64,000 nucleotides of DNA from Adineta vaga. Its lineage: Eukaryota > Animalia > Rotifera. The translations under genes were made by a program, and so were the position numbers. The notes under the pieces are model-generated. The model did no database searches. It had not been told where the DNA came from and saw only the letters and a program-made list of their open reading frames with translations. Positions 1-14,215 of this stretch are shown piece by piece (position 1 is the first letter of the stretch; each line of letters starts with the position of its first letter). Location: positions 1,798,001 to 1,862,000 of the forward strand of contig CP075494.1 in NCBI GenBank assembly GCA_021613535.1, read 5' to 3'.

Positions 1-327
1 TCATTGGCTGCTTCTTTCAAAATAACTCACCATGTTATTATTCATTATATTGAATCTGGCGGCACTATGTCATGACGACGGTTATTAACAATGACTAATA
101 TAAATTATTGTGCTGTATATACCATCAATATCCGAAAAAAATTAGCAGATCACATAGTTTTTGACGGCTTCCTGTGGTATCACTCTATGCCAATACATTC
201 GTATCGTGGGCATTTCGAAAAAGATTAACATATATTGCTATTATTGATTCAAGTAGAATACTATTAAAACAACCTTCATTAGACGAGAGGCACCAAAAAA
301 CAAAACATCCCGTTACTAACATTGAGT

Positions 328-1149
328 GTGGACGATTATATTTTATTAGTTTTATTATTACTTGCTTCGGCTATTATCGGTGCTATCTTTGGATTTTTCA
401 AATCGAAGAAAAATTCAGCGAAAGAATTTCTTCTCGGTGAGTCAACTGTACACTAATATAATACAGTAATACTATAATCTAAGCTGTTTAGCTGATGGTG
501 GTATGGGAGTAATTCCTACTGCCTTAAGTATTATGGTTTCATTTATTTCGGCTATTATTTTTCTTGGTACACCTGTCGAAGTTTATATGTATGGAACTAT
601 GTTTTGGTATCAAGGTAACTATATACACAATATTACATCATTGATAGCAGCATTTGTATTTATACCAAAATTTTGTGATATATATTTTACCAGTGCCTAT
701 GAAGTAAGCGTTATTGAAAAAAAAGAAAAGGAAATAGATTAGAAGAAATAAGAGATTTAAGTATTTAGAGAAACGTTTTGACCAGTCAGTTCGTGTGTCG
801 GCTTCAATGGTATTTTCCATCTATTATGGTAAGATAAAAGACTGTCACTCGGGTTTCCATATTTCACATTTTGAGTGTCACACGTATGTATAGCTTATCT
901 TCATGGCATTAGTACTTTATGCACGTGCACTAACACTCAGCCAAAGTATGCGGTAAAGTAAGAAAAACAAATTGCTCGTAATTCATGAAGTTTGATTTCT
1001 ACCTAGCAACCGGATTAAATATTTGGCTATCAGTAATTTCAATTGGTGTTATTTGTACTTTCTATTCATCAGTAGTAAGTTAACGTATAATTTTTAGCAA
1101 CTATCTTCATCATAATTTGATTCTTGGGGGTAGAATGAAAGCAGTCATA
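328..1149 (+). pseudogene. 5' part of an SLC5 sodium:solute symporter (SLC5A8/SMVT-like), truncated
   Basis: Short exons separated by GT-AG introns read VDDYILLVLLLLASAIIGAIFGFF..KEFLL / ADGGMGVIPTALSIMVSFISAIIFLGTPVEVYMYGTMFW..TSAYE / YLEKRFD / LIFMALVLYARALTLSQ / TGLNIWLSVISIGVICTFYSSV / GRMKAVI. These are hallmark SLC5 motifs. The sequence switches to transposase at about 1150. Confidence 0.85.
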
Positions 1150-3530
1150 TTCTTACTTCAAAATAATAATGAAAAATACGCAGTTTTAAAAAATGAATCA
1201 TCTACTTCGTGTGCAGACTGGTGGAAGGCTTTTGGATATCCATCGAAATTAGGTGACGATGGTGAATATGATCCAATTAAAGGATTCGTTAGTTGTTTCA
1301 AATGTCTTAATACATTTATTTATAACAGTAGCAGTGGTACTATACGTCTAAAACAACATGCAAATACATGCTTTGGAACTTCATCAAATTGGACTTCTTC
1401 AAACTCAACGGATTCAATTGATTCTTCACCACTTATACAAGGTACACTTAATCATCATGACTTCAAGAAAAACTCAAAACTAGCTGACAAACAAATCGAT
1501 AATATATAAAATAACTATCTGCTCAATGGGTTTGTCATGATCTTCGTCCATTTTCTACATTAGATGCCATTGGATTTCGCAATCTTGCCCAAGAATTAAT
1601 TCGTATAGGTATATTTTCATTTGAATTGACAAAGAAAAGATTTAATCTTCTTTTAGGACATAAACATGGTGCTGTAGATGTTGACAATGTTCTTCGAGGT
1701 CGTCATACGATATCAAGAACGGTTTATGATCTAACAGATTCTTATCGACAACTTATGAAGAAAAAACTAGCTGAACCAATTGCGCACATGCTGTTAGATA
1801 TGTCCTGACTTCTGGTCTGATCCATAGAGAAATATTTCTTATTTAGGTTTAAATATATCATTTGTTGATGCCGACTACAAATCATATTCTATTGATTCAT
1901 TTTGTCGACCATTTTCTGGTATTAAATCAAGTGAAATGGTTCTTAAAGTAAGTTAATAATAGAAAAAAATATTGACTCTAATAGTGTGTTGATGAGATAT
2001 CTTATTTATTGTGTTTTTTTTTCGTATGTAATTGTTCAATTTTAGGTACTTGAACAACATTTAGCAGAATTTGGTATTGATGATCTTAGTATGGTGAACA
2101 TCGTGTCGGATAGAGGTTCCAATTTTGTTGCTACTTTTCGTGCTTTAAATCCATTATTTTGCTTTGCTCATCGACTTAATAATAGAGTTAAATTATCATT
2201 CTTTCAAAATGCACAAAGGAAAAAAAACAAACATTGAATAGATCGACAAGTGCTGCATCAGATCGTACAACATTTAATGAACGAAATGGTGTTCCATCAA
2301 ATGGAAATAATGTTGTGTCAAGTGAAGACACGAGTGAAGATGAAGAACAAGTAATTATTTTCCCAACATTGCCAATGATTCAAAAGAAGAGAAAGAATAA
2401 ATCTACATTAACAAACAATCAACAAGAATCTTCTTATAAATTGTCAATAGATGATATTTCACTTGCAGCAAGAGGAGTTCTCAACACATTAACCAAATGT
2501 AAAAAGATTGTAAAGTTCATAAAAAAGGTGATTAAAACCCCTAACATATAATAAAACTATAATTGTTCTTTTAATTTCAATTTAGAGTGGTTTAAATAAA
2601 GAAATTGAAGATAATGGTGGAAGTACAGTTCATCAATCAATTTCTGTTCGATGGTTATCAATGATTGAATCATTGGAATCTATTTTGAAATCATTTAAAA
2701 CAATTAAGAAGATTTTATGTTCGAAACAGCAACAAAAATTGGTAATGAATCTTGATGAAAGATTGATAAAACAAATTATATTACTGTAGTTTTGAAACCA
2801 GTGAAACATGTAGTGAAATTAATTCAAACTGGAAAATCTCCTTCATTATTTATGGTATTATTATCTGTTGAAACATTAAGGAATGTTATGGGTTCTTACA
2901 AAGAACTAATCAATTATGATAAGACGACGATTTAGTAGAAGAATTAGAAGGTACAATGATATAAAAAATACTATGAAAATATTAAATTATATTCTTTTTT
3001 CTAATTTAGGTATAACATTCTTCTGGAATCGTATACGATCTTTATTAGAAGAAATGTTTACTCTTGATATAAGACATTATGTAGCTACACTTCTTCATCC
3101 GAAATATCAGTCATTAAATATGTGTTCTGAAAGAGAACGATTAGAAACCCGCCATTCTTATATTCGAAAACAACTTGGATCAATTCATGTTGAACTTAAT
3201 CCAAAAGAAACAAATATACCACCAACCAATAAGTTTAAACCAGATTTATTTAGTAGATTTGAATCGTCGAATTTCGATTCTAATCAAGTAGATAATCGAG
3301 ATTCAGAAAATGAAGCTGAAGATTTTGAAATACGTGGTAAAAAACCTGATGAACTTGATCGATATCTCAACTTTGAACTTGATAAATCTAAAGTTGATTG
3401 TAATTCATTAATGTTCTTGAAAGAACATCAAGACAAATTTCCTCACTTAGCTCGATATGCCAGATGTATTCATTCAATACCAGCTACATCTGCTAGTGTT
3501 GAACGACAATTTTCCGGAGCTGGTAAATAA
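1150..3530 (+). mobile_element. Degenerate intron-containing hAT transposase (BED finger to dimerisation domain)
   Basis: BED-like WWKAF..CFKC..SGTIRLKQHANTC; DLRPFS; PDFWSD; VSDRGSNF; CFAHRLN; VRWLS; C-terminal hATC FPHLARYARCIHSIPATSASVERQFS. Multiple stops and frameshifts; no TIRs seen. Confidence 0.9.
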
Positions 3531-4140
3531 GATACTTCTATAGATAAATCAATGTAGACTTTGGTTTGTAACTAGATTTTTGTGTGACAGCATGTAATAT
3601 TTATACACTCACTGATTGAATCTTTTCTATCGCTGTTTCATGTGTGTTTCTGTCAAATGAGCTAATTGTAATAGACGTTAACATTGTATTAATACTGCGT
3701 GTTTATTTTCACTGATAGATCAATCATTAATATACTAACTGAACATTTTTTTCTTTCTATTTATTCTAATAAATTTGATGAACATAAGTTAATTATAAAT
3801 GCATACAGTAGATAATTAATAAACCGAAAGATATGCGATAATTGGAGAACTTTTACGATGAAAAACGACGCAAGTTTTTTTATTGTCCTGTGCTCATCTC
3901 TGGACTATATCATTTAGATTTATTTGATGATGCAATAACCCGATTAGATGTTATTATCCAATGATCATTTGTTCATCGAGACATTAAATCACTTTCAAAA
4001 AATAAAGCATTAATAAGTTTAGTATTCAACACGTCGCTTTATGCAGTTATAATTCACTCCTGAGATTCAATCAATAATCAAAATAGAAGCAAATCCAGCT
4101 GTTCAGTTTACTTAAGACAATAGATAAGAAGAAGTACAGG

Positions 4141-4573
4141 CTAATATCGAATAATAAAAATAAGAAGGATAAAAACAAAGTTCCAACCAGTTAAATCGCT
4201 TCGTTTGGCACCGTTGCACTTCCAACCCTAAACTGACCACCACCTCGAATAACGCCCTTTTCATCATCCACTTCTCCTTTATCTTTCTGTAGCAAATGTA
4301 GCATCAAGTAAATACTAATTTTCAAAATTATCTATCTAGTCTTACCCAACGCCAGTCGCCTATGGCGATTGTTTGTGTTCTACAGTGACACTATCTTCGT
4401 TAAAAGAATCGTTACAGCTCGAAGCATCGTCGCAGGAATAACAATCGTTAGCTATCGTATTATGAATACCTGTTTCAGAAATACTCTTCAATTATAGTAG
4501 ACATAATTATATGTAACAACTTACCGATGTAGAGGAACAGTATTGCAAAGATCAAAATGCCGAATGAACGCAT
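4141..4573 (-). pseudogene. Ly6/uPAR (quiver/sleepless-like) three-exon pseudogene
   Basis: Manual translation, not in the ORF track. Signal exon MRSFGILIFAILFLYI then GTAAG; exon 2 GIHNTIANDCYSCDDASSCNDSF with a frameshift; last exon ends KCNGAKRSDLTGWNFVFILLIFIIRY* (CN motif plus GPI-like tail). Internal Cys are missing. Confidence 0.6.
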
Positions 4574-6246
4574 GTTGCTTTCATTGACTCAACAATGAAA
4601 CAAGCCGTGTTGATGGCGAAAGAAGAGATTTTATAGTTGTCCGTATCTAGACGTTGTTCTTGTAATCGATACACGTCAAACAGGTATGTTTATCACATAC
4701 AGCTGTTTCCTTCTCATAGTTCCATGCGAGCCTCTCTTTAGAAAATCGTTCGAGCAAATATAGCATCATATTGAATGGGATTAATAATTATTTACTACAA
4801 ACACGAGACGATTTTTATCCACTCCTAGAAGTTGTTTCTGTATACACACTATTTTGTGAGTTTTTGGTCAAAACATTTCAGATGAATACTCTCACGGAAG
4901 AATTAACAAATTCAAAAGATTTGTTGCTTCTGATGCATCAGAATAACGGGTAGCGCATAGTAAACGCACCAAAATGTTTCGCTTGTTTTAGCAAATTTAA
5001 CAAGATAGCGGATTTTTGTTTCTACAAAACGATCAACTTCGTTCATCGAATAAGTTTTGCTACTTGGTCAAAATTTGAAGAAGTTGACGGTAACCGTATT
5101 GACCAACTGCCACTATTAGAGAAAGAGACGATTATGAATTTTTTTAAATAACAATTCTGCTGAAAATCAAAATATGCCACCAGATACTGCAGGAAATTCT
5201 GTGTCTAATGATGATTGACAGTTTCAAAGAGAATATTCGAAAGGATATTTTCTAAGCAGAATTAGAAAATGATGGAAAAGATCCTTTTCAGAGCTTGTCG
5301 AGTTCTACAAAAATATGTTTATTAAAAATTTTTAAAGCTTTTCTTTTACGCAAAATTTAAAGGAAACTATTACAGAAGCTCAAAATAATCTTAAAAAACG
5401 TTAAAAATATGTTATTTCAGATCAATAGATATTTCCAAACTCATACTCCAACTCAAAATGAATTACTACAACAACAATGTAATAGATAAATGTTAATTAG
5501 ATTTAAATATTCCATATCCTTCACTATAATATTCAAAATTAAGTATTTTTATTTCTTATACAGTTTCCCTCTATCTTACATTTATCTGCTAAAACTCTAC
5601 GCATTCTCTTCGGACAAAAAAGAGCTATCAAGAGAGTGAGAGAGAAGATAGTTTATGAAAATAGTTTTATTCCTTCTTCGTCCTTACATATTTGTGCATC
5701 TTTACCACGAAAAAGGAGACGTGAAACTATTTCCCATAGAAAAAAAACAGCAACTTATTCTACAATTCTTTCACGCTCTAGTTCATCTTGTTCTACCACC
5801 CATCTCTATACAAACCATCTATTAATCATGCACTACACTTCTAAACCTTATTTGAAAATGTTTATTATTAAATATTCATATTTACACTTCGTCTATTCAA
5901 TATAAACTCTTTATATTTTAGCTCTATTTATCGTACCAGCATGAAAAACGACTTGTGTTTGTTTTAATTAAGAAAATAGGCCAATACAGGATCGACAATA
6001 AAACCATTTTGATTTCTAATTGCATTCGTCAGACGCAATGACGACAAACTAAACATTAGATTTCTTTTCGTTCGTTTGCTATAATAAAAACAAACTTATA
6101 AACGACATATATGGACAAGGACTGACAATTTTTTCACGTTCTGCTTCGCACTTTCTGTATGTACGTTTGCCACGTGTGCTGCATTTATGCGTATGAAAAA
6201 ATAAGATAAAACAAAATCATTTACATTTTTACAAAAAACGTATTCG

Positions 6247-7917
6247 ATGTTGCTTCGAATTTCATCTACTCTATCATTTTTCTTGACACTTTGCGTTTTA
6301 TCGATATTTGTCGATCGATCGATTGGTCTCAATGTTCTATTCATTTGTGATGGTGGAGCAGGCCATCTCACACCTCTGTTTCAATTGGCCAGAACAATGA
6401 AACATCATAATATTACTTTTCTCACTCAGCGTATGGCACTGGTCTACATCGATTTGGATTCGTTTTCTTCGCCTCTATTTCGTCCCGTTTATGCCGATAA
6501 TTCAACCGATGCTTTGCTCAGAGAGAAACATGATTATGAACGAGGAATACACGTCATGTCTAATCATTCGTTGTTGACCGCGATGCCCGAACTGGTACCA
6601 TCGATGATCGGAATAATTCAAACATTCTTGTACAAAATAATCGAAATTCTAACGCACGAACATTTTGATGTTATTATCGCTGGTCAAATGATCTTCGGAA
6701 CCCCACTTTTCTGCAAGACGATCTCGACACCTTGTGTTGTTCAAAAGGCAGCACAACTTCCCGATCTGTTTGATTTCAATTCACCAAATATGTTCACACT
6801 ATTAACACAGAACGAGATAACTCAATTACCATATCGTATCTATAATGCAATATTTACAGGATATGCCACACTACGACTACTACCAGTTTTGATACCAACA
6901 TTTTATAAATTTTTTCAATCATTACCACAAGTACCCGGTTTATTTTACAATAGTTTTACATTGAAAAGTTTTCTTACATCGGATATGAAGTGTCTAGAAT
7001 TGATCAGCATACCCCAGTCGTTCCTAACGCTATCCTATCCGAATCACTATCAAAAATATTTAGGTCCATTTATTGATGATACAAAGATTCGTAGCGATAA
7101 TAGTGCTTTAAGTATATGGGTCAAATCAAAACCAATCAGTTCGATTATCTTCGGCGCTTTTGGAAGTAGTTCTCTTATTCCTTATGATCGAATGTCCAAT
7201 CTTATCAATGGTCTAGCGAAGTTTCTAATACAAACCGACGATAGTTTTCTTTTGCTGGCATTACGTGATTTTAACTATGAGACATACAAAACTGTTCTGA
7301 AAGATATATCGAATAATCGTTATCGTCAAATATTTGAAGATAACGACCGAGTACGGATTGAACAAGGATATGTTAAACAAAAATGGATATTACAACAGAC
7401 ATCGGTGAAGGTATTTCTCACTCATTGTGGAATGGGTTCAGCTTTAGAAGGATTGTACTTTGTCAAAGTGATCGTATGTATGCCATTCAATGTAGACCAA
7501 TTTGCGAATGCGGTATCAATCGAAAACTTGAAACTCGGTCAATCACTATTCACTCGACCATCACTGTTACAAACGCTGTTTAGACTTGGCGATTTTACAG
7601 ATTATACTTTCACAGATGAGAGTGTGACGCGCAAATTATCAACTGTATGGACAAACACAAACTATGAAACAGAAGTTGAACGTATGTCATTGGAAATGAA
7701 ACATGCCGGTGGGTTACAACGAGCTGTTCAAGAAATCGAGTTCTTTGTCAAACTCAATGGAAATCTCGATCGTTATGCACCTTTGCCAAGTACTCTACCG
7801 TTTTACCAACGATATCTTCTGGATCTGTTATTCATCTTCATAGTTTTACCTCTCATAGTCACTAGATACATCCTTTCAATATGTTGTAAAAGACGAAAGA
7901 AAACGAAGACAGATTGA
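6247..7917 (+). CDS. UDP-glycosyltransferase (GT1/UGT), intronless, ER-membrane type
   Basis: Signal peptide; GGAGHLTP catalytic His; UGT signature YVKQKWIL..FLTHCGMGSALEGL..PFNVDQFANA; C-terminal TM followed by a dilysine-type KKTKTD tail. Confidence 0.92.
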   Translation: MLLRISSTLSFFLTLCVLSIFVDRSIGLNVLFICDGGAGHLTPLFQLARTMKHHNITFLTQRMALVYIDLDSFSSPLFRPVYADNSTDALLREKHDYERGIHVMSNHSLLTAMPELVPSMIGIIQTFLYKIIEILTHEHFDVIIAGQMIFGTPLFCKTISTPCVVQKAAQLPDLFDFNSPNMFTLLTQNEITQLPYRIYNAIFTGYATLRLLPVLIPTFYKFFQSLPQVPGLFYNSFTLKSFLTSDMKCLELISIPQSFLTLSYPNHYQKYLGPFIDDTKIRSDNSALSIWVKSKPISSIIFGAFGSSSLIPYDRMSNLINGLAKFLIQTDDSFLLLALRDFNYETYKTVLKDISNNRYRQIFEDNDRVRIEQGYVKQKWILQQTSVKVFLTHCGMGSALEGLYFVKVIVCMPFNVDQFANAVSIENLKLGQSLFTRPSLLQTLFRLGDFTDYTFTDESVTRKLSTVWTNTNYETEVERMSLEMKHAGGLQRAVQEIEFFVKLNGNLDRYAPLPSTLPFYQRYLLDLLFIFIVLPLIVTRYILSICCKRRKKTKTD

Positions 7918-9180
7918 AAATATAAATATATTATTAAAATAATATTTAGTAACAAAAAAAGTATCTCAAACAATAGTTAGATGCTCTGTCACAGTTGGCA
8001 TGAGAATTTCAGTTGAGATTAGAATGCGCGAAAAAAAATAGAAAAACAAAAGAATAAAACATAGAAATAAATAAATAAATAAATACAATAGATAATAGAT
8101 TTCAAAAGAAAGAAAGAAGAAAAAAACTTCTTTTTTCCACCATATTTCTTTTATTATTAAATAGCAGAAAAATAAACAGTAATAGAAAATTATGAATAAA
8201 CATCGTTTTAAATAAGGCATTCAATTTACCTTACCATTGATTTATAAAAAGGATGCTTTATACATTTGTTTTCAATATTTCACAATTTATATCTTAATGA
8301 TACTTTTGAAATCATATTCTATGTACATATAAATAAATAAAATTATGATAAAATTGTATTTCAAAATATCCCTATGTTAAAATGCATTGAATCATCATAA
8401 TCCTATTTTTTTTCTGCTCAAATTGAAATCTCGTTCATTCGAAACCGACATGAACACATGTAACTATGATAACGATAATTAACTTAGTAACTACATACAT
8501 CATTTGTTTTGTCTTTCTTTTAACTCACACCCACACCCTCAAGATTACGGAAAAAATTAGTGATGCAAACGAGTAGTTGCGAGGAAAACGATTTGCTAAG
8601 TTCAGCTTTTTGTGATGACATTTCGTTAATTTTTATATGTTCAATGTTTTCGGATAGGCACAACCGACATGAACGAGAATGTCTCACATCAGTCATGGTG
8701 AAAAGAGAACTCCATCATGATGGTGCTTTAAAGCGTCTTTCAGCTGTTAATAATCTTCTATAGATACTCAAATCAACCATTGACGTTCTTATCTTTATCC
8801 ACATGTACTTTGTCACGTTATTGTTTCCTAATAGTTTAATAGCATATCGGATTTTTCGTTTTTCTCATTGGTTAGAAAGTACACGAAGAGTTTTGAAAAG
8901 ATTAAAACAAGAATGATCACGATGACACCGTAGTTTTCACATACTTGTGTTTATGTCAATTTTACATCGTTTCTTTTCTCTCTTCCCGTGTGCAAATAAG
9001 CAAGCAACGACTCGATGAGTTAGACAAACAATGTACTATGCCCATGTGATATACATCAATGCAAAACAGCGAGAAAAAACAACTGTTGTTCGAAAAACTT
9101 CCTCAAGTTTTTCCACACATTAACATCTTTTGAATATCTTCTATAATTTCCATTATTTTTAGAAGTCACATTATACAACG

Positions 9181-10705
9181 ATGGACATTCTTGTGGGTAC
9201 ATTCATTTTAGGTGTTATAGCATGTCCTTTAATTTATTTTCTACGTTCTAATCATGGCGATAAGTCATCCATTCCATATGTTACACATGAAAATTATCCT
9301 GTTGTAGGTCATCTATTTTCTTTTCTTCGTAATCGAACAAAATTTTTGATGGATTGTAAACAACGATATGGTCAATATTTTAAAATTCGACTTTTCAATC
9401 AACGTTTTACATTAGTACTCTCTCCACCTGACTGGGCTGCTATCATACGAAACCAATCATTTTACTTTCCAGCAGGCGATCTTGGGATGCAAATATTCGA
9501 TTTATCTAATAATTTGTCCGGTAGGTATCAATCTTTAACGTAATTTTGACAAACTAGAAAAATCTGCATATTTTAAAGGCCATACAGAATTTGATGCTGA
9601 AGCTCATCGACAGTACGTACAATATTTGAAAAATCGTGATGGTTTACGACCAATGATTGTTGAATTTGTTCGTCAAATACGCGAACTAATGCACCGTGAA
9701 AAAGTGACAATTGAAAATAATGGTACTATATCGGAGTGGATACCAAGTGGTCTATTAAAATTTAGCCATCGTATGATCTTTCAACCATCGACACTTGCAT
9801 TGTTTGGAGAGATCAATCCACTTTCGCTTGAGGATGATTTCCGTTTATTTGACGATAAATTTCATTATTTTAGCGCTGCTCTTCCTCGTTGGATGTATTC
9901 ATGGTTCTTCTCAAAAGAACTAAAAGCCCGTTCAAGATTATATAATTCATGGTTAGAAAAGCTATACCCACCTCGTGAGTCTGAGTTTATACGAGCTCGA
10001 ACAACACTTTTTTTGGCCAATTCTGAGTGGCTTACGAAAAAAGATCATGGCGCTATGCAAACAGCCATTCTATGGGCATCATTAGGCAACACTATTCCTG
10101 CCGTATTTTGGTGTTTGCTCTATATTTTACAAGATCCAAAAGCAGTGGAAGCAATTAAACAAGAAATTGACACGTATTTGCCAGTTTTTTCACTTGATAA
10201 TGATATTGATGATTCACTTATCGACGAATGGACCTCTGAACAATTAAACTCGTGTGTTTATTTGGAAAGTGCAGTAAATGAAATGCTCAGATTAGCTGGT
10301 GCAGCTTTGATGACAAGAAAATGTCAACGAGAGACTCGAGTAGTTTTACAAGATGGGCGTATTTTAAATGTGAAACCTAATGAGACTGTCGCTTATTTTG
10401 CTGCTGTAACTCATCTTGATCCAAATTTATTTCCAGAACCAAACAAATTTATTTTCGATCGATTTCTTAATAAAAATGCAGAGAGTGTTCCTGGTTTCAT
10501 GCCTTTTGGAGGTGGCAAGAGTATGTGTCCGGGGCGATTCTTTGCAAAAAATGAGATAAAAATTTGTCTTGCTATGCTTTTGCGTTATATGGAATACAAG
10601 TTTGTCGATACAGAAACAATTCCAACACAAAAACCACATCGTGTAGGATTTGGTGTTGCACCGCCTAGCCAAGATATACCAATTATGTATCGATATAAAA
10701 TATAA
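9181..10705 (+). CDS. Cytochrome P450, CYP7 clan (CYP7/8/39-like); exons 9181-9520 and 9579-10705
   Basis: N-terminal anchor; phase-1 intron 9521-9578 (GTAGGT..AAAG) joins the two ORFs in frame; I-helix WASLGNTIPAVFW as in CYP7; ExxR (EMLR); heme motif PFGGGKSMCPGRFFA. Confidence 0.92.
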
Positions 10706-13700
10706 TAGATTACATTCATAATATTATTTATATTTGTTGAACTGTATTAACATGATGCAAACATTTTACTTTTCTGTAGATAGATAGTATTTATTCAAGG
10801 ACACTCTATTAGAGCTATTAATACCCAAACAAACAAAATTTAAAAAAACGGTTAATTACACTTAAAATTTTAGCGAAAACAAAATCCGAAAAAGCGCACA
10901 TTTTGTTTTCACCCGTCGTTGATGTACCTATTTTTACCCGTAATCTATCAAGAAATTTTTACGAGTAACCCATCTACTCATTTTAACCATTAGCAATTCG
11001 ACGCAATTTAAGCCGTTCGTAACATACGTGTTTCTAACGCCTGAAAATGTGCGCTTTCCGCGATTTTATTTCCGTTAGTCTTTGTACGGCGCTTATCGCG
11101 TTGATATTAGAACCGTTTTAATCTTCATAAATTCCACGGTTTTCCCGCATCTGTTGTCCATCAAATTTGCAGATACCTTTTGGATTGGTTTTATCACGTT
11201 TCTTGCTCACCATACATTTCTTACGAATTCAATATCCAAAATCAGATATACGGCGCAGTATATTCCTATAGAAAGTATGCCACATATGCCGTATGCGCTC
11301 TATATATACATATACCTGTGCATACGAGTAAACTACCGAATATACTATTATCGATAACATACAGATTCATACGCGGATGTATTTACCTACTCACTGGTAC
11401 AATATAAGATTCAGAGATAATGGAACCAAAATCATCCATATGAACACCATTACGCGCTCCTACCATGGATCTGTGATCCTTGAAGAATGCGTTTTTCTGT
11501 TGAACTTGAAATAATAAACCATAGTTGTATGTATATAGGAATATAAATGAACGTACTTTATGGCCGAGGTGATCAATCTGGAATAATCTGAAAGTTGCTG
11601 AATGTGTGACCGAAATAAAAGTTGGATAGTGAAAAATTGTAGAAGGAAGTGCATTTTGAGAAACATGTCTTGAATTCTTTTATGTGTGGGTATGCATTGT
11701 ATTCTTGGGAAGATATTAATGCAGGAGTATGCAGTAGAGTTTACTGAAAGAGAAGAAGTTAGTTTCTCATCAGATGAGAAAGTAGCGTTATCTAAAAGAT
11801 ATTGATTGAACCTTCATCGAGAAAGTTCTCGTAAACTGATACCGGATAACATTGATTTATAACTTTCGTTTTAGTGAAGGAATAGGAATTCTCAAGTACA
11901 TGTATACCGATGTGTCAAGATTGCGTAAAATTATTACAGTCTAGTATTGTATTGTTGATGTGCTAAGGGTGGTATCACACACCTTTTTAAAATTTTCTGT
12001 CTGAACGGTTTTGAGTAAAATATTACATTTCTTGACAATAGCTAATTCTCGAAAATTTGAAACATCCTATCGATAGATCATGTACAAGATAGAAGTGTAG
12101 AATTGTTCTCATGCTCAAAGCTCTCGTAGTAAGTTTTGTCTATTTACTGCATCAATATAAAATTATTATTTTTAGTAGACTGAGTACTAATTCATCATTT
12201 CCATCATAAAGTCTCTAGTGAATCGATTGGTCAGAATAGTAACCATTGATTATATCGCAGTTCTGTATATACAATATATACTAATATATAATAGTATGTA
12301 AAACCAATAAACCAATAATAGCACAGAAAGTAAATAAATGGAATAAAATAGAATGGACTATGTTTGTCTAGGACAAACCATATAAGTTTCTTTTGATGAA
12401 ATCAACAAAATTGTACCCAAAGAGTACCACAAAGTTTTGTTAATATTCAGAGATATAAATGATGTAACACAGACAAGGATTTGTCTTTCCGTTGCATCAT
12501 TGATTTTTCTTGTCATCATTAGGTCTAAATTTTAATGAACGTCTGAAACTTCCATGCGTCATGTTTTAGATTATTGTTTGCTACATCGATTTTTACCGAA
12601 CTCAACAATGTCAAAGCGAAATTCGAACAAAAAGAAATGTTTCAAAACGAAATCACTCTACAGCAGTTCCTGTAATGGATCCTGTTAGTAAAGAACATGA
12701 AATGGCTCCTACATCAATAAATTCTTCAAATCAAAGTCAGAGCGAAAAAGATATTTCCACTCAAATTGATCCCGTAATGAAAAAAACAAAATAACATATA
12801 GAAGATTATTATAAAAATGTAAAAAAAAACGAAAAGTTAGTTCCATTATAATTAAAAAACTTTTGTGTAACATGAATTTCACTGTCATATTTATCGCTAT
12901 ATACTATTTCTACCAATAGAATCTTCATGTTATGCACTCTTTTTTCATTATAAAACAATCTAATACTATTCTACATTGTCAGTGGTTTAATATGATAAAA
13001 CAAAATAGATTTTCGTTCAAAAATGGAAAAATACGTTCATACTTGAACTCGTTAATAACGGGTGTCCCAGGATAAATGAGCCTCTCAGTATTTTGAATAT
13101 TTCTCTGCTATTATCTCATTGATTAGAACACTTTTTTACCAAAAGATAGCGCTTGGAATTCTCTACAAAACCATATATGAGGGTGTTGGTGTGGGTGAGG
13201 GTGAAGAGGATATACACCCACCCACCCACCCTCAAGAGCACAGTTTGTATTCATATGAGACATGTATGATTAAAGCTATTGGAAGTTGATTGTTGATCTG
13301 ATTCCAGACCTGTTTCACTGCAATATCTGCTGAACAATTCCAATATCTGATGATTGTGATAGTTTTTCTTCTTTTGTAATGAGTAATGGTGAAATGTGTA
13401 GAATTCATTAGGCATGTTGATAAGCGGTAGCAACAGTGTTTCTAATGACAAAGTGTACAGAACCCGAATGAAAAGGCATTGGCTACGATAAATATGTACT
13501 TTTGATCTTACTAAAAACTTTCTTCCGACAGAAAAATTGCGAAAATATTCAGAGAGGGTTCGTTTTCACCAAAACTGTACTTGTTCCTAGAACATGCAAG
13601 ATATTATACTATCCTTTATGTTTTTCATTTTCAAAATAATTTTTCCTGATTCATCACCATTAACGGAATTGAAAACCGCGTCCTCAGAGCGACTCTAATG

Positions 13701-14215
13701 AAAAAATTGTGTTGGCGAGAGCGCTTCGAATCATTTCATTCGATACATCATATCACCCGTTTAAAAGTACACATCGATTTCTTTTTGTCTTCTTTTTTTT
13801 GTAGAGCAAAACCGGTTCTCGTGGAACCAACATTATTTTAATCAGTATTCGAAAACTTTCAAGTTAAAAAAGTCTATTTAGAATCAAATAAAATAAATAT
13901 TCGGAATCAGTATGAAAAACTGAGTTAGACCATGTGTATTTGAACTTTTGGTTTTATATTCTAATTGATTGTTCCACATGAAGGAAAAAGACGTTTTTTC
14001 ATTATTGCATAAAATGATTCTAATACGAAAGAATACATTTATCAATTTCTCTTGAATAGAAGAAGAAAAAACCTTTTAAATTTTGAATTTTAAATTTCAT
14101 TTTCTTTTTCAAGCATCTGAACGTTAAAAGGATGTTTTTTTCTCTATAAATATAGAATGCTAAGTGATGATAAACATTACATTCTTATTTTATTCAAACT
14201 AACAAAATAGAAAAA

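Noticed and set aside
11763-11781. Palindrome containing CTGATGA-GAAA on the minus strand
   Set aside because: No stem II or stem I/III context; not a credible hammerhead.
12570-12793. Possible orphan terminal exon after TTTAG (IIVCYIDFYRTQQ..)
   Set aside because: No upstream exons or recognisable domain.
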